DNA of 64,000 nucleotides, taken from the NCBI GenBank assembly GCA_050331235.1, contig JBHJHA010000012.1, forward strand, positions 1-64,000. The letters are read 5' to 3'. The stretch is from Leptolyngbyaceae cyanobacterium (lineage in GTDB: Bacteria; Cyanobacteriota; Cyanobacteriia; Phormidesmidales; Phormidesmidaceae). The translations under genes and the position numbers were made by a program. The notes under the pieces are model-generated. The model was not told the DNA's origin. It ran no database searches and saw nothing but the letters and a program-made list of their open reading frames with translations. Numbering within the stretch: position 1 is the first letter of the stretch; each line of letters opens with the position of its first letter. Of this stretch, positions 40,012-52,054 are shown one piece after another.

Positions 40012-41970
40012 CTAATCGAGGGTAATTATTTCAACCGCAATAATCCACTGAGCGTGAGGATTTAGATGTCCCCATAGCATGACATTGATGGCTGATTTGA
40101 GTTGCTGAATGTGGGCGTCAACAGCAGGATCTAGTGTGACCACTTTAACGGTCAAATCATTCACTAAAGTCAGAGAGGCCTCCCATTTTTGTTCGGTATT
40201 GGCGATGTGAAGAATGCCTTGATATTGCTGAATATGGGGAACATTGTGGCAATCGGTGAGGCGCAGAGAGACCTCTGTCGCTGACTTTCCCAAAATGGCA
40301 GAATAATGTTGCGGATTGGTTTGATAACGCCTTTGTCGCGATCGCCACGTGGAACTCGAGGGCACATTATCAAACAGCGGCACAATAGCAGCAGGGGCAA
40401 CTGGGTCGGTCAGCAGTGCCGCTTGCAACATCTGGATCGGTAAATGGCGCGGGTCACAGCCGCGCTCAACACAGAGGGCGGCAGCCATGCCCGCGGCTTG
40501 CCCAATCCCGAGAACGACTGGCTGTAAGCGAGTCGCCCCATTGGCAATGTGGGAAACTGAAATATTTTTGTCACAGGCGAGAAACCCCTCTATGGTGGCA
40601 GGTACCAAAGCTTCAAAGGGAATGGTGAAGGGAGTCCCCGTCCAGCGCCCGCCCCAATGGATTGACTTCGCTGCTAGGGGCAATTCAAAGCCTGGATAGT
40701 GATGGTCATTGGGGTAGTTGCCGATCGCGACAGCGCTCATTTGCCCTCGGGCATTGCGGGGTAAAGCGGCGGCGCAACCGTCTGCCTGGGGCAAGATATC
40801 GTTTTCGGTGACGGTCATCAGGCCGACCAGACGTCGGCTCTCGCGGTAGTAGGGCATGAGTGCCACTGCACCTCCGCCCAGACAATGGGGAGAAGGGGGG
40901 AAAGCTTGGTGGGCCAAGCCATAAGGGGGACCTAGCTCCGATTGAATAAAGTGAGCAAAGTTCAAACTGTGGGCGATCGCCTCTTCGGCCCACGCTTGCC
41001 ACGCTGTGGCGCCTTGAATCAGCCGATGCAGATTGTGACCATAATCATTGCCACATTTGGGCCAATTCATGATGAATTGGCCCTGGGGTAAGCGCCCATA
41101 GTTCATAAACGACTCCACACCATAGCCTTCCCAGGCACCGCTAAAGACTGCGGCGTCGTAAGGCTCCATGGCCGAAATGGGAGCCGCTGCTGCCTCAGGT
41201 GGCGCTGCTTGCATCAAGACTATCCAAGTAGGTGACTGTACTGGATAGGCTTGAACCAGTGGATACAACGGATCTTGCGGATCGCTGAGTGACTGAGGGG
41301 CGCTGGGTTCTGCAAATTGCTGCTGATCTTCCCAGCCCCAGCGATAGGGAATGTCGCCTAAGGCGAGCAAGTCTCCTAATTCAGTGCCATCGATGATGAT
41401 GGTTGCATGGATGGTGACTGCTTCGCACTGGACGCCAGTAATCCGATTACCAGTCCGTAAAACGGCTTGGGGGGTTTGTCCCGAGACCCAATGGAGGTTG
41501 GGCAGCGATCGCACCCAATCAGCAAAAATAGCTGCCCCCACCTTCGGTTCATAGGTGAAAAAGCTGACCCAAGCGTTGTCTAATCCTCCGGGCTGCCGTT
41601 GCCGCAGCGCCTGCAAAAACGCTCCCCATAGTCCAGTTTGAAAAGCCAACAGCTCATTCCCGTCGGGAGCACACACGCCAGCAGCGGTCAGCATCCCCCC
41701 CAGCCAATGAAACTCACTCACCAAGACGGTGTTTGCCCCCCGTCTCGCTGCTTGAATTGCTGCTGCCGTGCCCCCAGTGCCGCCGCCAACGACCAACACG
41801 TCTGTGGTGATGACTTCTCGATTCAAGGCCTTCGGCTGGTAAACATGGCTGAACTCATGGGGGCAATAATCTATGGGTGTCGGGTCAGCTTGGCCGCCTA
41901 TCACAGGTATGCATAGAGCATTCCAATAGCCACAGTGATCGCATGAGCATGGCGCTAGGCGATCACTCAT
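40012..41970 (-). CDS. FAD-dependent oxidoreductase (start uncertain)
   Basis: DVLVVGGGTGG, YYRESRR, SVSHIANGATRLQP. Confidence 0.88.
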   Translation of the reverse strand: MSDRLAPCSCDHCGYWNALCIPVIGGQADPTPIDYCPHEFSHVYQPKALNREVITTDVLVVGGGTGGTAAAIQAARRGANTVLVSEFHWLGGMLTAAGVCAPDGNELLAFQTGLWGAFLQALRQRQPGGLDNAWVSFFTYEPKVGAAIFADWVRSLPNLHWVSGQTPQAVLRTGNRITGVQCEAVTIHATIIIDGTELGDLLALGDIPYRWGWEDQQQFAEPSAPQSLSDPQDPLYPLVQAYPVQSPTWIVLMQAAPPEAAAAPISAMEPYDAAVFSGAWEGYGVESFMNYGRLPQGQFIMNWPKCGNDYGHNLHRLIQGATAWQAWAEEAIAHSLNFAHFIQSELGPPYGLAHQAFPPSPHCLGGGAVALMPYYRESRRLVGLMTVTENDILPQADGCAAALPRNARGQMSAVAIGNYPNDHHYPGFELPLAAKSIHWGGRWTGTPFTIPFEALVPATIEGFLACDKNISVSHIANGATRLQPVVLGIGQAAGMAAALCVERGCDPRHLPIQMLQAALLTDPVAPAAIVPLFDNVPSSSTWRSRQRRYQTNPQHYSAILGKSATEVSLRLTDCHNVPHIQQYQGILHIANTEQKWEASLTLVNDLTVKVVTLDPAVDAHIQQLKSAINVMLWGHLNPHAQWIIAVEIITLD

Positions 41971-42002
41971 GCAGACCCAGCCTACGGTGGGCCCGCTAAA
42001 TC

Positions 42003-42680
42003 CTAGATGTAGGGTGTCACGTCTTCACCACAGTCATCAGCCAGATACGACAGGGCCCGAAATCGTAATCCGACTAACTGTTCATACAACGGATTGAGCT
42101 TGCACATAGCCGGGATATGGACGATTTTCTTCTTGAAAAGGGTGACATCTCGCTCAAAAGGACACTGGGACGGAATCATCTTACAAATGAACCGAGCAAG
42201 ACGTGGATCTTTGACCTCTAGCTGATCCAACCATTCACGAGCTGGTTTTAGCGGTTCAATACCATGCTCCTCTGAGGTCCCCGGCTCTAACGCAGCCGCA
42301 TCATTCAAGTCATAGAGCGTTGCCCTGACCGATTCCAGCAGGCGATCTTCTAAACCCAGGGCATCGCAAAAGGCATGCAGCTTTTGGTCTTCTTCAGTAG
42401 AGTAAATGCCATCGGCGAGTGCAACCATTACGGCTGTCCGCATAAAGTCTTCTGCAGTTTCGCTTTCTTTACCCAGCGCAGTCGCCAAGTCTTCGGAACT
42501 AATCGGCTCTAAAGCATCAAAAAAGTCAATATTGGGCGCAAATTCCTCCTGAGTCATCGAAGTGATCAGGCTTTTTTCCTCTTCGTCAAAGTGCCCATCT
42601 GCCCAAGCGATGGTCAGCAGTCCCCGAAACCAAACCTTGATCTGTTCCGGCGAATAGGGAGAGTCAACAGTGGTAGGCAT
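42003..42680 (-). CDS. TerB-like plus 'Mo-dependent nitrogenase C-terminal' domain protein
   Basis: AWADGHFDEEE, ALADG; IPSQCPFERD, CKLNPLYEQLVGLRFRAL. Confidence 0.85.
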   Translation of the reverse strand: MPTTVDSPYSPEQIKVWFRGLLTIAWADGHFDEEEKSLITSMTQEEFAPNIDFFDALEPISSEDLATALGKESETAEDFMRTAVMVALADGIYSTEEDQKLHAFCDALGLEDRLLESVRATLYDLNDAAALEPGTSEEHGIEPLKPAREWLDQLEVKDPRLARFICKMIPSQCPFERDVTLFKKKIVHIPAMCKLNPLYEQLVGLRFRALSYLADDCGEDVTPYI

Positions 42681-42790
42681 AAGACAATGTCAAGCTAAAC
42701 AGCAACCATGCTGAAATGCGACTTAATTGTAGCTTTCTGAACCAGCGAACGTAAAAATTACTCGGTTCGGTTCATTCACGAGAGATCGTC

Positions 42791-43363
42791 CTAGGATTTG
42801 CTGATGCGCTGACCCAAAGTCGAGCCTGTTTGCCCCGTTAGCAGCCATAACATCGCCCGAGCCCCATCTCGGATGCCCCGGACGAGCGGTTCGGCAGCGG
42901 CTTTTTCCGATGGGACCGATAACGGCTGGAATGCAATGTCGTGTCGCCCGAGGACAACTTGGGCAATGATCTTAGCCCGCCGCATGTGGTAGTCCGAGGT
43001 AACTAGATAGACGCTTTCAATGCCCTCATGCTTGAGGTCTGCGACTAAAGTGGTGAAGTTAGTCACGGTATCCACGGCTCGATAGTCTAGATGCACCCGA
43101 CTAGCGGCAATATTAGCTTCTTGAAAAACCCACTGGGCATATTCTGGGTTGGTACCAGACGACACCCAAACTTCCAGGTCTGGATAGTGGCGAGCGAGAT
43201 CAGCGGCAAAATGCTCTCGCTCAATATCCCCCCCCAATACCAAAATGGCTTCTGGCTCTCGCGAAGTGGCTTTTACCTGGCTTTGGCCGAGCCATACGAA
43301 CGGAAGCAAAGAGAGCATGAGGCCAAGCCAGAAATGCCCCTTAAATTGCCACTGCCTACCCAT
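42791..43363 (-). CDS. YdcF/DUF218 family protein
   Basis: ILVLGG, AVDTVTNF, VTSDYHMRRA. Confidence 0.88.
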   Translation of the reverse strand: MGRQWQFKGHFWLGLMLSLLPFVWLGQSQVKATSREPEAILVLGGDIEREHFAADLARHYPDLEVWVSSGTNPEYAQWVFQEANIAASRVHLDYRAVDTVTNFTTLVADLKHEGIESVYLVTSDYHMRRAKIIAQVVLGRHDIAFQPLSVPSEKAAAEPLVRGIRDGARAMLWLLTGQTGSTLGQRISKS

Positions 43364-43718
43364 AGAGTTGTCAAAAATAAACGGTCGTCAGGCCGTCCAG
43401 CCTTGCGCCTATTAGGATAACGCGTCTGTAAAAAGGGGGAAACAGCTATGCCTGAGAAATTTCATATTTGCAGAGCGATTAGGGCAGGGCGATCGCTGCA
43501 GCTGTAACAGTGACCCATATGCCATGCACTTACAGGTAAGACTCTCTACGGGGTGATGCTTTAGTCGGTAGCTGTAGGCCAGTAGTCTCAATCATGGTCA
43601 GCCGATAGCGAAGCCGCACAAGACTCATCTTCGAGGTCCCATGCGGCTTTGAGTTTGCATAATTTGCCATGCCTAGCCAAGCAGCAACATCGAACTGCTT
43701 ATGCCTAAGTCAGATAAC

Positions 43719-44201
43719 CTAAGCGCTTTTACGATTCATGTCGCGAGCCATCTCCTTAAAGGTGGCAATGCTGGGACCAGGGCGGCGACGGGCAGAGCGA
43801 TTGAATTTAGGGTTGACTAGATAATCCGTCGCAAAGTTAGTGACGGTTGGCATTTGAGGACTCTCTTCTTGCTTGAAGTTAGCCTGCTGAAGCTGCTGCA
43901 CAGATTTAGGCGGTTCAGTTTGGGGCTGATCAGCCTTCTTCTCGGCAATCACTGCCGATTGGACTGCTTTGACCACGGCCTGATCAGCGTTGGGGCCAGT
44001 TTTGGTCTTTTCGAATGAGCCAGTGGCGACTGCATTGCTGTTGCTAGCGGATGGTGCAGCGGAGGTGCTAGCTAAGTTAGAGGTTTGCACGTCTTCCTCT
44101 AGCTCCAGAAAGTATTCGCCCTTTTTGCCAAAGCCGAAAATCTTGAAGATTCCGCCGATCAGCCCAAAGATGCCCCCAAAGATTTTCTTAAGCAATCCCA
44201 T
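43719..44201 (-). CDS. Hypothetical protein with amphipathic N-terminus
   Basis: MGLLKKIFGGIFGLIGGIFKIFG; C-terminal RRRPGPS..FKEMAR. Confidence 0.7.
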   Translation of the reverse strand: MGLLKKIFGGIFGLIGGIFKIFGFGKKGEYFLELEEDVQTSNLASTSAAPSASNSNAVATGSFEKTKTGPNADQAVVKAVQSAVIAEKKADQPQTEPPKSVQQLQQANFKQEESPQMPTVTNFATDYLVNPKFNRSARRRPGPSIATFKEMARDMNRKSA

Positions 44202-44344
44202 AACTAATGACTCCCAACTGGTTTGAAACCCAACTGATAACTCTGAAGTTGCAGAACATGAAGTTCTTGTTATCTATGAGGATCATTATTGGGGGGAGCT
44301 TAGCCGCAGGCAAGGTTTCTCAGGATTGTGAAAAGAAAGTTAAT

Positions 44345-44378
44345 AAAAAAGCGATCGCTTTCGTTAGAAGCGATCGCT
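44345..44378 (-). terminator. Intrinsic terminator after clpC built from two HIP1 octamers
   Basis: AGCGATCGCTT-CTAACGA-AAGCGATCGCT followed by TTTTT. Confidence 0.8.
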
Positions 44379-44421
44379 AAATCTCAGTACCAACAGTACA
44401 GATCAGTTTTAGGGAGATACG

Positions 44422-46890
44422 TTAGTCCGCCGCTTGCGATAGCAACTCTCGCCGCTCTCCGGGTTGAATGATGACCTTGCCAGAATCATCCACATCGACG
44501 GATGCCGTGTCGCCATCTTTGAGGCGACCCGATAATATTTCCTCGGCCAAAGTGTCTTCTAAGAGACGCATAATCGCACGACGCAGAGGTCGAGCCCCAT
44601 AGCTGGGGTTATAGCCCTCTTCAACCAGCCGATCCTTAAAGCGATCAGTTACCTGTAGTTCGATTCCTTGCTCTAACAAGCGACCAAAGACTTCTCGAAG
44701 CAGAATGTCAGAGATTTCTTTAACTTCGTCTTTGGTGAGCTGACGGAAGACAATAATTTCATCCAGACGGTTCAAGAACTCAGGACGGAAGTATTGCTTC
44801 AACTCTTCGTTCACTAGAGAACGGATGCGGTTGTACTGCGATTCGGCTTGGTCATCCTCAAAGTCGAAGCCAAGGCCGCCACCACCCTTCTCGATGACCT
44901 TAGAACCAATGTTTGAGGTCATGATCATTAGTGTGTTCTTGAAGTCAACCGTTCGGCCCTTAGCATCGGTGAGTCGGCCATCTTCCAAAATCTGCAACAG
45001 CATGTTGAAGACATCGGGGTGAGCCTTTTCGATCTCGTCGAACAGGACTACGGTGTTGGGTCGCCGCCGAACCGCTTCAGTCAGTTGCCCGCCTTCGCTA
45101 TAGCCGACATACCCAGGGGGAGAGCCGATCAGCTTGGAAACCGTGTGACGCTCCATAAACTCTGACATATCCAGGCGGATCATGGCATCTTCTGAACCAA
45201 AGAAGTAAGCCGCTAGGGCTTTGGTTAACTCAGTTTTACCAACCCCAGTGGGCCCAGAGAAGATGAAGCTGGCAATGGGACGGTTCGGATTTTTGAGACC
45301 CACCCGCGCCCGACGAATGGCGCGAGAAATAGCTTTCACCGCTTCGTCTTGACCAATCAGCCGCTGGTGGAGAGTGTCCTCCATGTGTAGCAGCTTCTCT
45401 GACTCCGACTCGGTTAGCTTGCTGACGGGCACCCCTGTCCAAGACGCGACGATTTGGGCAATGTCTTCTTCATCCACTGAGGGCATGTCGTCACCATTTT
45501 CATCGTCGGTCTTCTTGCTCTGGGCAATACTGCGAATTTCCGCTTTGATTTCCATCTCGCGATCGCGCAATTCCCCAGCGGTGTCAAAGTCCTGGGAACG
45601 GACAGCATTGTCTTTATCTTTCAAGACTTGGCGCAGTTCTTTGTCAAGCTCCTTGGCCGCTGGCGGCAGTTGAGAGTTGATCAAGCGCACCCGAGAGCCC
45701 GCCTCATCAATCAGGTCAATGGCCTTGTCAGGCAAGTAGCGGTCAGAAATATAGCGGTCTGACAGCTTGGCTGCAGCATCCAATGCATCATCCGTAATCT
45801 TCAGCTTGTGGTGCTGCTCGTAGCGATCGCGCAAACCATGCAAGATTTCGATGGTTTCCTCGATGCTCGGCTCACCCACCATGACCGGCTGAAAACGTCT
45901 TTCCAAGGCCGCGTCTCGCTCAATGTGCTTGCGGTACTCATCCAGGGTCGTTGCCCCGATGCACTGCAGCTCACCCCGAGCTAAGGCTGGCTTGAGGATG
46001 TTGGCAGCGTCGATGGCGCCTTCAGCAGCCCCTGCCCCAATCAGCGTATGAACCTCATCAATCACCAAGATGACATTGCCCGCGGAGCGAATCTCATCCA
46101 TGATCTTTTTCAAGCGCTCTTCAAACTCACCGCGATATTTGGTGCCAGCAACTAGCAAACCAATATCTAGGGTGACCACGCGCTTTTCTTCGAGGATGTC
46201 AGGCACATCACCATTCGTAATGCGCTGGGCCAGACCTTCCGCGATCGCTGTTTTACCCACCCCTGGCTCACCGATGAGCACCGGATTATTTTTGGTGCGT
46301 CGACCCAGAATTTGGATCACACGCTCAATCTCCTTTTGCCGTCCGACAACCGGATCGAGCTTACCCTCTCCGGCCATCTGCGTCAGATTGGCACCAAATT
46401 CATCGAGGGTAGGCGTCTTGGTACGACCCTGGCTACCACCAGAGGACACCTCAGCCGTTTCTCCCAACATGCGGATGACCTGAGTCCGAACCTTAGACAG
46501 GTCAACACCTAAGTTTTCTAGAACGCGGGCAGCGACACCCTCTCCTTCTCGAATCAGCCCTAACAACAGATGCTCAGTACCAATGTAGTTGTGCCCAAGT
46601 TGGCGGGCCTCTTCGAGAGAGAGCTCAAGGACCCGCTTGGCACGAGGCGTAAACGGAATTTCGACAGCGACAAAACCAGAGCCGCGGCCAATAATCTTTT
46701 CAACCTCGATACGAGCATCTTTAAGATTTACGCCCATTGACTTGAGTACCTTGGCAGCGACGCCAGTACCCTCTCCTATAAGGCCAAGGAGAATTTGCTC
46801 AGTTCCCACAAAATTGTGACCCAGGCGGCGGGCTTCCTCCTGGGCGAGCATGATGACTTTAATGGCTTTTTCTGTGAAGCGTTCAAACAT
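44422..46890 (-). CDS. clpC: ATP-dependent Clp protease ATP-binding subunit
   Basis: [25 protein letters not shown], two AAA modules ([16 protein letters not shown]). Confidence 0.98.
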   Translation of the reverse strand: MFERFTEKAIKVIMLAQEEARRLGHNFVGTEQILLGLIGEGTGVAAKVLKSMGVNLKDARIEVEKIIGRGSGFVAVEIPFTPRAKRVLELSLEEARQLGHNYIGTEHLLLGLIREGEGVAARVLENLGVDLSKVRTQVIRMLGETAEVSSGGSQGRTKTPTLDEFGANLTQMAGEGKLDPVVGRQKEIERVIQILGRRTKNNPVLIGEPGVGKTAIAEGLAQRITNGDVPDILEEKRVVTLDIGLLVAGTKYRGEFEERLKKIMDEIRSAGNVILVIDEVHTLIGAGAAEGAIDAANILKPALARGELQCIGATTLDEYRKHIERDAALERRFQPVMVGEPSIEETIEILHGLRDRYEQHHKLKITDDALDAAAKLSDRYISDRYLPDKAIDLIDEAGSRVRLINSQLPPAAKELDKELRQVLKDKDNAVRSQDFDTAGELRDREMEIKAEIRSIAQSKKTDDENGDDMPSVDEEDIAQIVASWTGVPVSKLTESESEKLLHMEDTLHQRLIGQDEAVKAISRAIRRARVGLKNPNRPIASFIFSGPTGVGKTELTKALAAYFFGSEDAMIRLDMSEFMERHTVSKLIGSPPGYVGYSEGGQLTEAVRRRPNTVVLFDEIEKAHPDVFNMLLQILEDGRLTDAKGRTVDFKNTLMIMTSNIGSKVIEKGGGGLGFDFEDDQAESQYNRIRSLVNEELKQYFRPEFLNRLDEIIVFRQLTKDEVKEISDILLREVFGRLLEQGIELQVTDRFKDRLVEEGYNPSYGARPLRRAIMRLLEDTLAEEILSGRLKDGDTASVDVDDSGKVIIQPGERRELLSQAAD

Positions 46891-47046
46891 TAGTGGAATT
46901 CCAAATACCTGCTGGGCGCTGGTTACAGTGATTCTAGCACAGGGGTATTGGCGAACTGTGGCACCGGACACAGTGGTGAAAACCGCCCATTGCCCATCTT
47001 TTAGACGGGCTCTCCATCGACGACAGCGGTCTTGTTTCTTAAACTT

Positions 47047-47664
47047 TCATTGCTTTCTCTTAACGTTGTAGGGAGGGCACCTGCCCCCTTGATGTGGCGT
47101 GGCGCTGATAGCCGGGGAGCATAAAACCGCCTCAAATTCTACAGTTAGCCATTGCTCAGCAGTTTGCAGTTCTGCGGCAAACTCCGGTGTCTGAAGTTCG
47201 TTTCTCCAGAGGATAAGTGCGGTTTCACCATCGGTATAGTAGCGTCGCCTTTCGCCTGCAATACGAAACCCGAAGGCTGAGTAGAGCCCTAATGCTGCCT
47301 GGTTAGACTGTCGGACCTCAAGCGTGGCGTGGGTCAGCCCTCGAGCAATAGCACACTTTAAAAGTTGGATCAGCAACCATCGTCCGAGTCCTCGCCGCTG
47401 ATAGGCGGGAGCAATGCCGAGAAGGGTAATGTGGGCTTCGTCTAAAATTGCCCAGAGACAGCCAATACCAATTAGCTCAGCGAGGCCATTGACCGGAGTT
47501 GCTAAGACAAGTAGGTCGCTGTTGGGGCTATCAACCTCACGGCTATAGGCAGCTTCGCTCCATAATCCCCCAAAACATCGATGGTCTAAAGCGACAACGT
47601 TTGCTAAATCTTGAATCATCACCGAGCGGCAGGTGACACGCATGGATAGATATCTAAGGGGCAA
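47047..47664 (-). CDS. rimI: Ribosomal protein alanine N-acetyltransferase (start uncertain)
   Basis: DEAHIT, QRRGLG, LEVRQSN, RRRYY. Confidence 0.9.
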   Translation of the reverse strand: MPLRYLSMRVTCRSVMIQDLANVVALDHRCFGGLWSEAAYSREVDSPNSDLLVLATPVNGLAELIGIGCLWAILDEAHITLLGIAPAYQRRGLGRWLLIQLLKCAIARGLTHATLEVRQSNQAALGLYSAFGFRIAGERRRYYTDGETALILWRNELQTPEFAAELQTAEQWLTVEFEAVLCSPAISATPHQGGRCPPYNVKRKQ

Positions 47665-47765
47665 CGGCAGAGACGCGCCCCAAATTGTACACTAGTACTC
47701 TGAGCCTGCTTGTGTCATCTGCCTGGGTTCAACTGTTTTTGTCTTTCAGTACAGCTTCAACGCAT

Positions 47766-49187
47766 ATGGTTTCCACCGTCGACTCCCCCGCTACTAGTCT
47801 GAGTTATCTGTCGGCCCATGCCGCAACTCTCAATACTCGCAGCGCTTCTCCCAATCAAAATTTGCTGCCGCTGACAGCTGAGGTTTCCGAGGCCGATCAT
47901 TTGGTAGTTGGTGGCTGTGATGTGCCTCAGCTGATCAGGCAGTTTGGCTCGCCTTTATACATCCTTGATGAAGTGACGCTGAGGGCCGCTTGTCGACAAT
48001 ACCGAGAGGCGATGGCGCAGTACTATCCGGGCGAGTCTCTAGTAATTTATGCGTCTAAAGCTTGGAACTGCCTGGCCGTGTGCGCGATCGTCAACCAGGA
48101 GAATTTGGGTATTGACGTTGTCTCAGCGGGTGAGTTGCTGACAGCACTGCGGGCCGGCGTTCCCGCCGATTGCCTCTATTTTCATGGCAATAATAAGTCC
48201 GCAGAAGAACTGCAGCAGGGCATTGAGTCAGGCTGCCGCATTGTCGTGGACAACTGGTTTGAGCTCAAGTCGCTCAGTACGTTAGCTCAGCAGGCGGGTA
48301 AAGCTGTACCCATTTTGCTCAGGTTGACCCCCGGTATCGAATGCCATACCCACGAATACATTCGCACAGGGCATCTGGACAGCAAATTTGGCTTTGATCC
48401 AGATCAGATTGAAGCCGTGTTTCAGTTCCTAGCCGATCAGCCGCAGCTAAGCTTCATCGGCTTGCATGCCCATATCGGTTCTCAGATTTTTGAACTGCAG
48501 CCCCATGCCGACTTAGCTGATGTCATGGTGCAGTGGATCGCAAAAGCCGCTGAATACGGCTTATCAATCTCTGAATTGGATATTGGCGGTGGTCTAGGTA
48601 TCTGTTACACAGAGTCAGATGATCCGCCAAGTATCGAAACTTGGGTCCAGACCGTCGCCGTGTCGGTAGCGCAGGCTTGCCAAGCTCACGGGGTAATGTT
48701 GCCTCGGTTAATTGCGGAGCCGGGGCGATCGCTCATTGGCACGGCCACGGTGACGGCTTACACCGTAGGCAGCCAAAAAACTGTGCCGGGGATCCGCACC
48801 TATGTGGCGGTTGATGGAGGGATGTCGGATAATCCTCGACCCATCACTTATCAGTCAGTCTATCGTGCCCTTGTGGGCAATCGGATGTCAGCACCGCTAA
48901 CCGAAAAGACAACGCTGGCTGGGAAGCATTGCGAATCTGGGGATGTTGTAATTCAAGAGGCGTATTTGCCCGCTCTGGAGGCAAATGACGTTATTGTTGT
49001 GGCAGGTACGGGTGCCTACAACTACAGCATGGCTTCCAACTATAATCGGGTTCCTCGACCGGCTGCGGTACTGGTCAATGCGGGCGAAGCTCATCTCATC
49101 ATCCAGCGGGAAACGCTGCAGGATTTGATTCGTCATGATTGTTTGCCAACGTCCTTAGTGTCAGCCGAGATACGGGCAACTGATTAG
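47766..49187 (+). CDS. lysA: Diaminopimelate decarboxylase
   Basis: YASKA, HGNNKS, HAHIGSQ, EPGRS, CESGD, GAYNYSM. Confidence 0.96.
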   Translation: MVSTVDSPATSLSYLSAHAATLNTRSASPNQNLLPLTAEVSEADHLVVGGCDVPQLIRQFGSPLYILDEVTLRAACRQYREAMAQYYPGESLVIYASKAWNCLAVCAIVNQENLGIDVVSAGELLTALRAGVPADCLYFHGNNKSAEELQQGIESGCRIVVDNWFELKSLSTLAQQAGKAVPILLRLTPGIECHTHEYIRTGHLDSKFGFDPDQIEAVFQFLADQPQLSFIGLHAHIGSQIFELQPHADLADVMVQWIAKAAEYGLSISELDIGGGLGICYTESDDPPSIETWVQTVAVSVAQACQAHGVMLPRLIAEPGRSLIGTATVTAYTVGSQKTVPGIRTYVAVDGGMSDNPRPITYQSVYRALVGNRMSAPLTEKTTLAGKHCESGDVVIQEAYLPALEANDVIVVAGTGAYNYSMASNYNRVPRPAAVLVNAGEAHLIIQRETLQDLIRHDCLPTSLVSAEIRATD

Positions 49188-49334
49188 ATAATTGGTTGAA
49201 CCTAACGAGCTGGATTTTGATCTATCGCGACGGCTCGCAAAGCGCTTACGGATGAGTCTGAGGCAGGATAGGTTCCTTAGGACTTGATTTTGTGATTATC
49301 TGTCACCCGTTGGAATGAAGCTACGGCACTGCAA

Positions 49335-50257
49335 ATGGGGCAATTCTGGGAGCAAGGGCGGATAATCCTCGATATCCTTAGAGGATGGCCATTGAGGCTC
49401 CTAGATGGGGTGCTGGTGGTTCTGCTGGTGTACACCATTCTGGTGCTCATTGGTGAACGACGAACCCTTTGGATGGTGAGGGGATTTATTATTTTATTGC
49501 TGGCCTCAACCGTCAGCCGTAACATTGGGCTGGCGCTGCTGGCTTTTGTGCTAGATAAGCTTGTCATTGGTTCGGCGGTGGCCATGGCGTTCATCTTGCA
49601 GGGAGAGTTTCGGCGACTCCTCGAGCAGATTGGTCGGGGGCGGTTGGGTCAGCTTTTAGTCATTGCCGATCGCGAACTGGCACCGCAGCCCGATAACGTC
49701 ATTGATGAACTGGTCGATGCGGTTCAAGAACTGTCACAAAATCGGATTGGGGCTTTGATCATCGTCGAAACAGATCGGCCCATTGATGAAAGAGACTTTT
49801 CAGTACCGGGAGTCAAAATTAATGCCGAGGTTTCACGCGAGCTGCTGCAGACCATCTTTCAAACCAGCACTTTATTGCACGATGGAGCGGTGCTGATTCG
49901 CGGCTCTCGAGTGCAGGCTGCCGGGGTTATCTTGCCGATTTCCGAACGGTCAGCCTCCCGACAGTTGGGCACCCGCCATCGAGCAGCTATGGGTATTACT
50001 GAACGGGTCGAGGACTGTCTTTGTATCGTCGTGTCTGAAGAAACTGGATCGATTTCTCTCGCGGCGGGGGGAAAGCTCAATCGGCCCCTAACGAGCAGTA
50101 AACTAAGGGAGTTGTTGAGCAACCGTTTATCGGCGTCCGTGGATCGCGACTCCGTGAGTCCACAGCTGAGAAGTCTCAGCAAGCGTTTACTCAAACAGGC
50201 GCGCTTGCTTTGGCAGCGCTTGCCTTTTGTTACATCGCCCGCTTCCCGTGGAAAAAA

Positions 50258-50261
<4 letters not shown>
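49335..50261 (+). CDS. cdaA: Diadenylate cyclase
   Basis: N-terminal TMs, LHDGA, GTRHRAA, VSEETG; lysA-cdaA-uppS order. Confidence 0.94.
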
Positions 50262-51007
<746 letters not shown>

Positions 51008-51023
51008 TCAGCCCAAGCCGGTG

Positions 51024-51131
51024 TTACTTGCCGAGGGAACTAACGCCATTGAGCAGCATCCAAAGCCCCCCCAACAAAATGGCGATCGCAATCACTCCCA
51101 GCAGCCAATCCAAATTGGGTAAGGTTTCCAT
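51024..51131 (-). CDS. Small single-TM protein (35 aa), not in ORF track
   Basis: METLPNLDWLLGVIAIAILLGGLWMLLNGVSSLGK*; fills the gap, convergent with uppS. Confidence 0.55.
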   Translation of the reverse strand: METLPNLDWLLGVIAIAILLGGLWMLLNGVSSLGK

Positions 51132-51232
51132 AGCTGATGTGCTCTGCTCAAAACCGTAACACAAGATGGCCAGGCAAGGACTAGCAGTACGCCGCCTTTC
51201 CTGGCAGGATGAAGTAAGTCAACGCGTAGCAA

Positions 51233-51787
51233 TTACCAAAGTCCGCGCACAGGCTCAGATGTTGTATCTGGGGCAGTGGTTTCCGCCGGTTCTGTTTCTA
51301 CGTCGTCTTCTGTGACCTCAGTCTCCGCTTCCATATCTGCCGTGGGCTCAGCAGCGATAAATTTCATCGTGCCAGCGTCGGCAAACATATCCATATATAG
51401 ATCGCCGTCACGGAAGAAGTAATTGACTGCATCTTCCAAACCTTGGCGAAATTCATCATCGATAGAGTCGGGACCGCAAAAGGCGAGGGTAAAAGGCCCC
51501 AAGGTAATGAAGTCATTGCCGTCTAGATTATATTCACCACCGCCAACGTTGCAGTCAGCTTTGATGCCCAAGGTGTTGTCTTCGAAGAACTGAATGGTGT
51601 AATCCTCTGGGCTCTCAGGGGTTGCCATTGTATCGTTGTTGTAAATAATTTCCTCAAGCTGCCAAACGGTGCCGACCAGCATGGGGTCTTGGGCGGCGGC
51701 AGTGCCCAGATCGACCGTCCCAATCAGAGTCACTGCTGAGGCGATCGCCCACGAAATTGACTCAACCTTGATCATAGTTTCCTCCAC
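51233..51787 (-). CDS. Secreted META-domain protein with acidic linker and PVRGLW tail
   Basis: Signal peptide; LVGTVWQL, ADCN, TLAFC. Confidence 0.85.
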   Translation of the reverse strand: MEETMIKVESISWAIASAVTLIGTVDLGTAAAQDPMLVGTVWQLEEIIYNNDTMATPESPEDYTIQFFEDNTLGIKADCNVGGGEYNLDGNDFITLGPFTLAFCGPDSIDDEFRQGLEDAVNYFFRDGDLYMDMFADAGTMKFIAAEPTADMEAETEVTEDDVETEPAETTAPDTTSEPVRGLW

Positions 51788-52054
51788 ACCAAACTAAGTT
51801 TGTTAGCTGCCAAGGGTCAAGCTGTTCGGAAATCATGGCTAAAACCAAGGCACCGAACGCCAACCCTTGTCTACAGTCTAGAAGCTTAAGCAATACCCTA
51901 CCGCTTTCCTTAAGGAATCTGGGGACCTTTATATTTTCTTTTTGACTGCTGAGCTGGGTAAACACAAGCTGGGCGATCTCATCTGGTAGCTTCTGCCGGC
52001 CCAGGCCGATGTTGACTACAATCGTAAACCAGCAAACGGAGTAGTTAAGACGTT

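Noticed and set aside
42003..42680. Nitrogenase or nif cluster near hetR
   Set aside because: Only the small widespread 'Mo-nitrogenase C-terminal' domain with a TerB-like region; no nifHDK motifs in the window.
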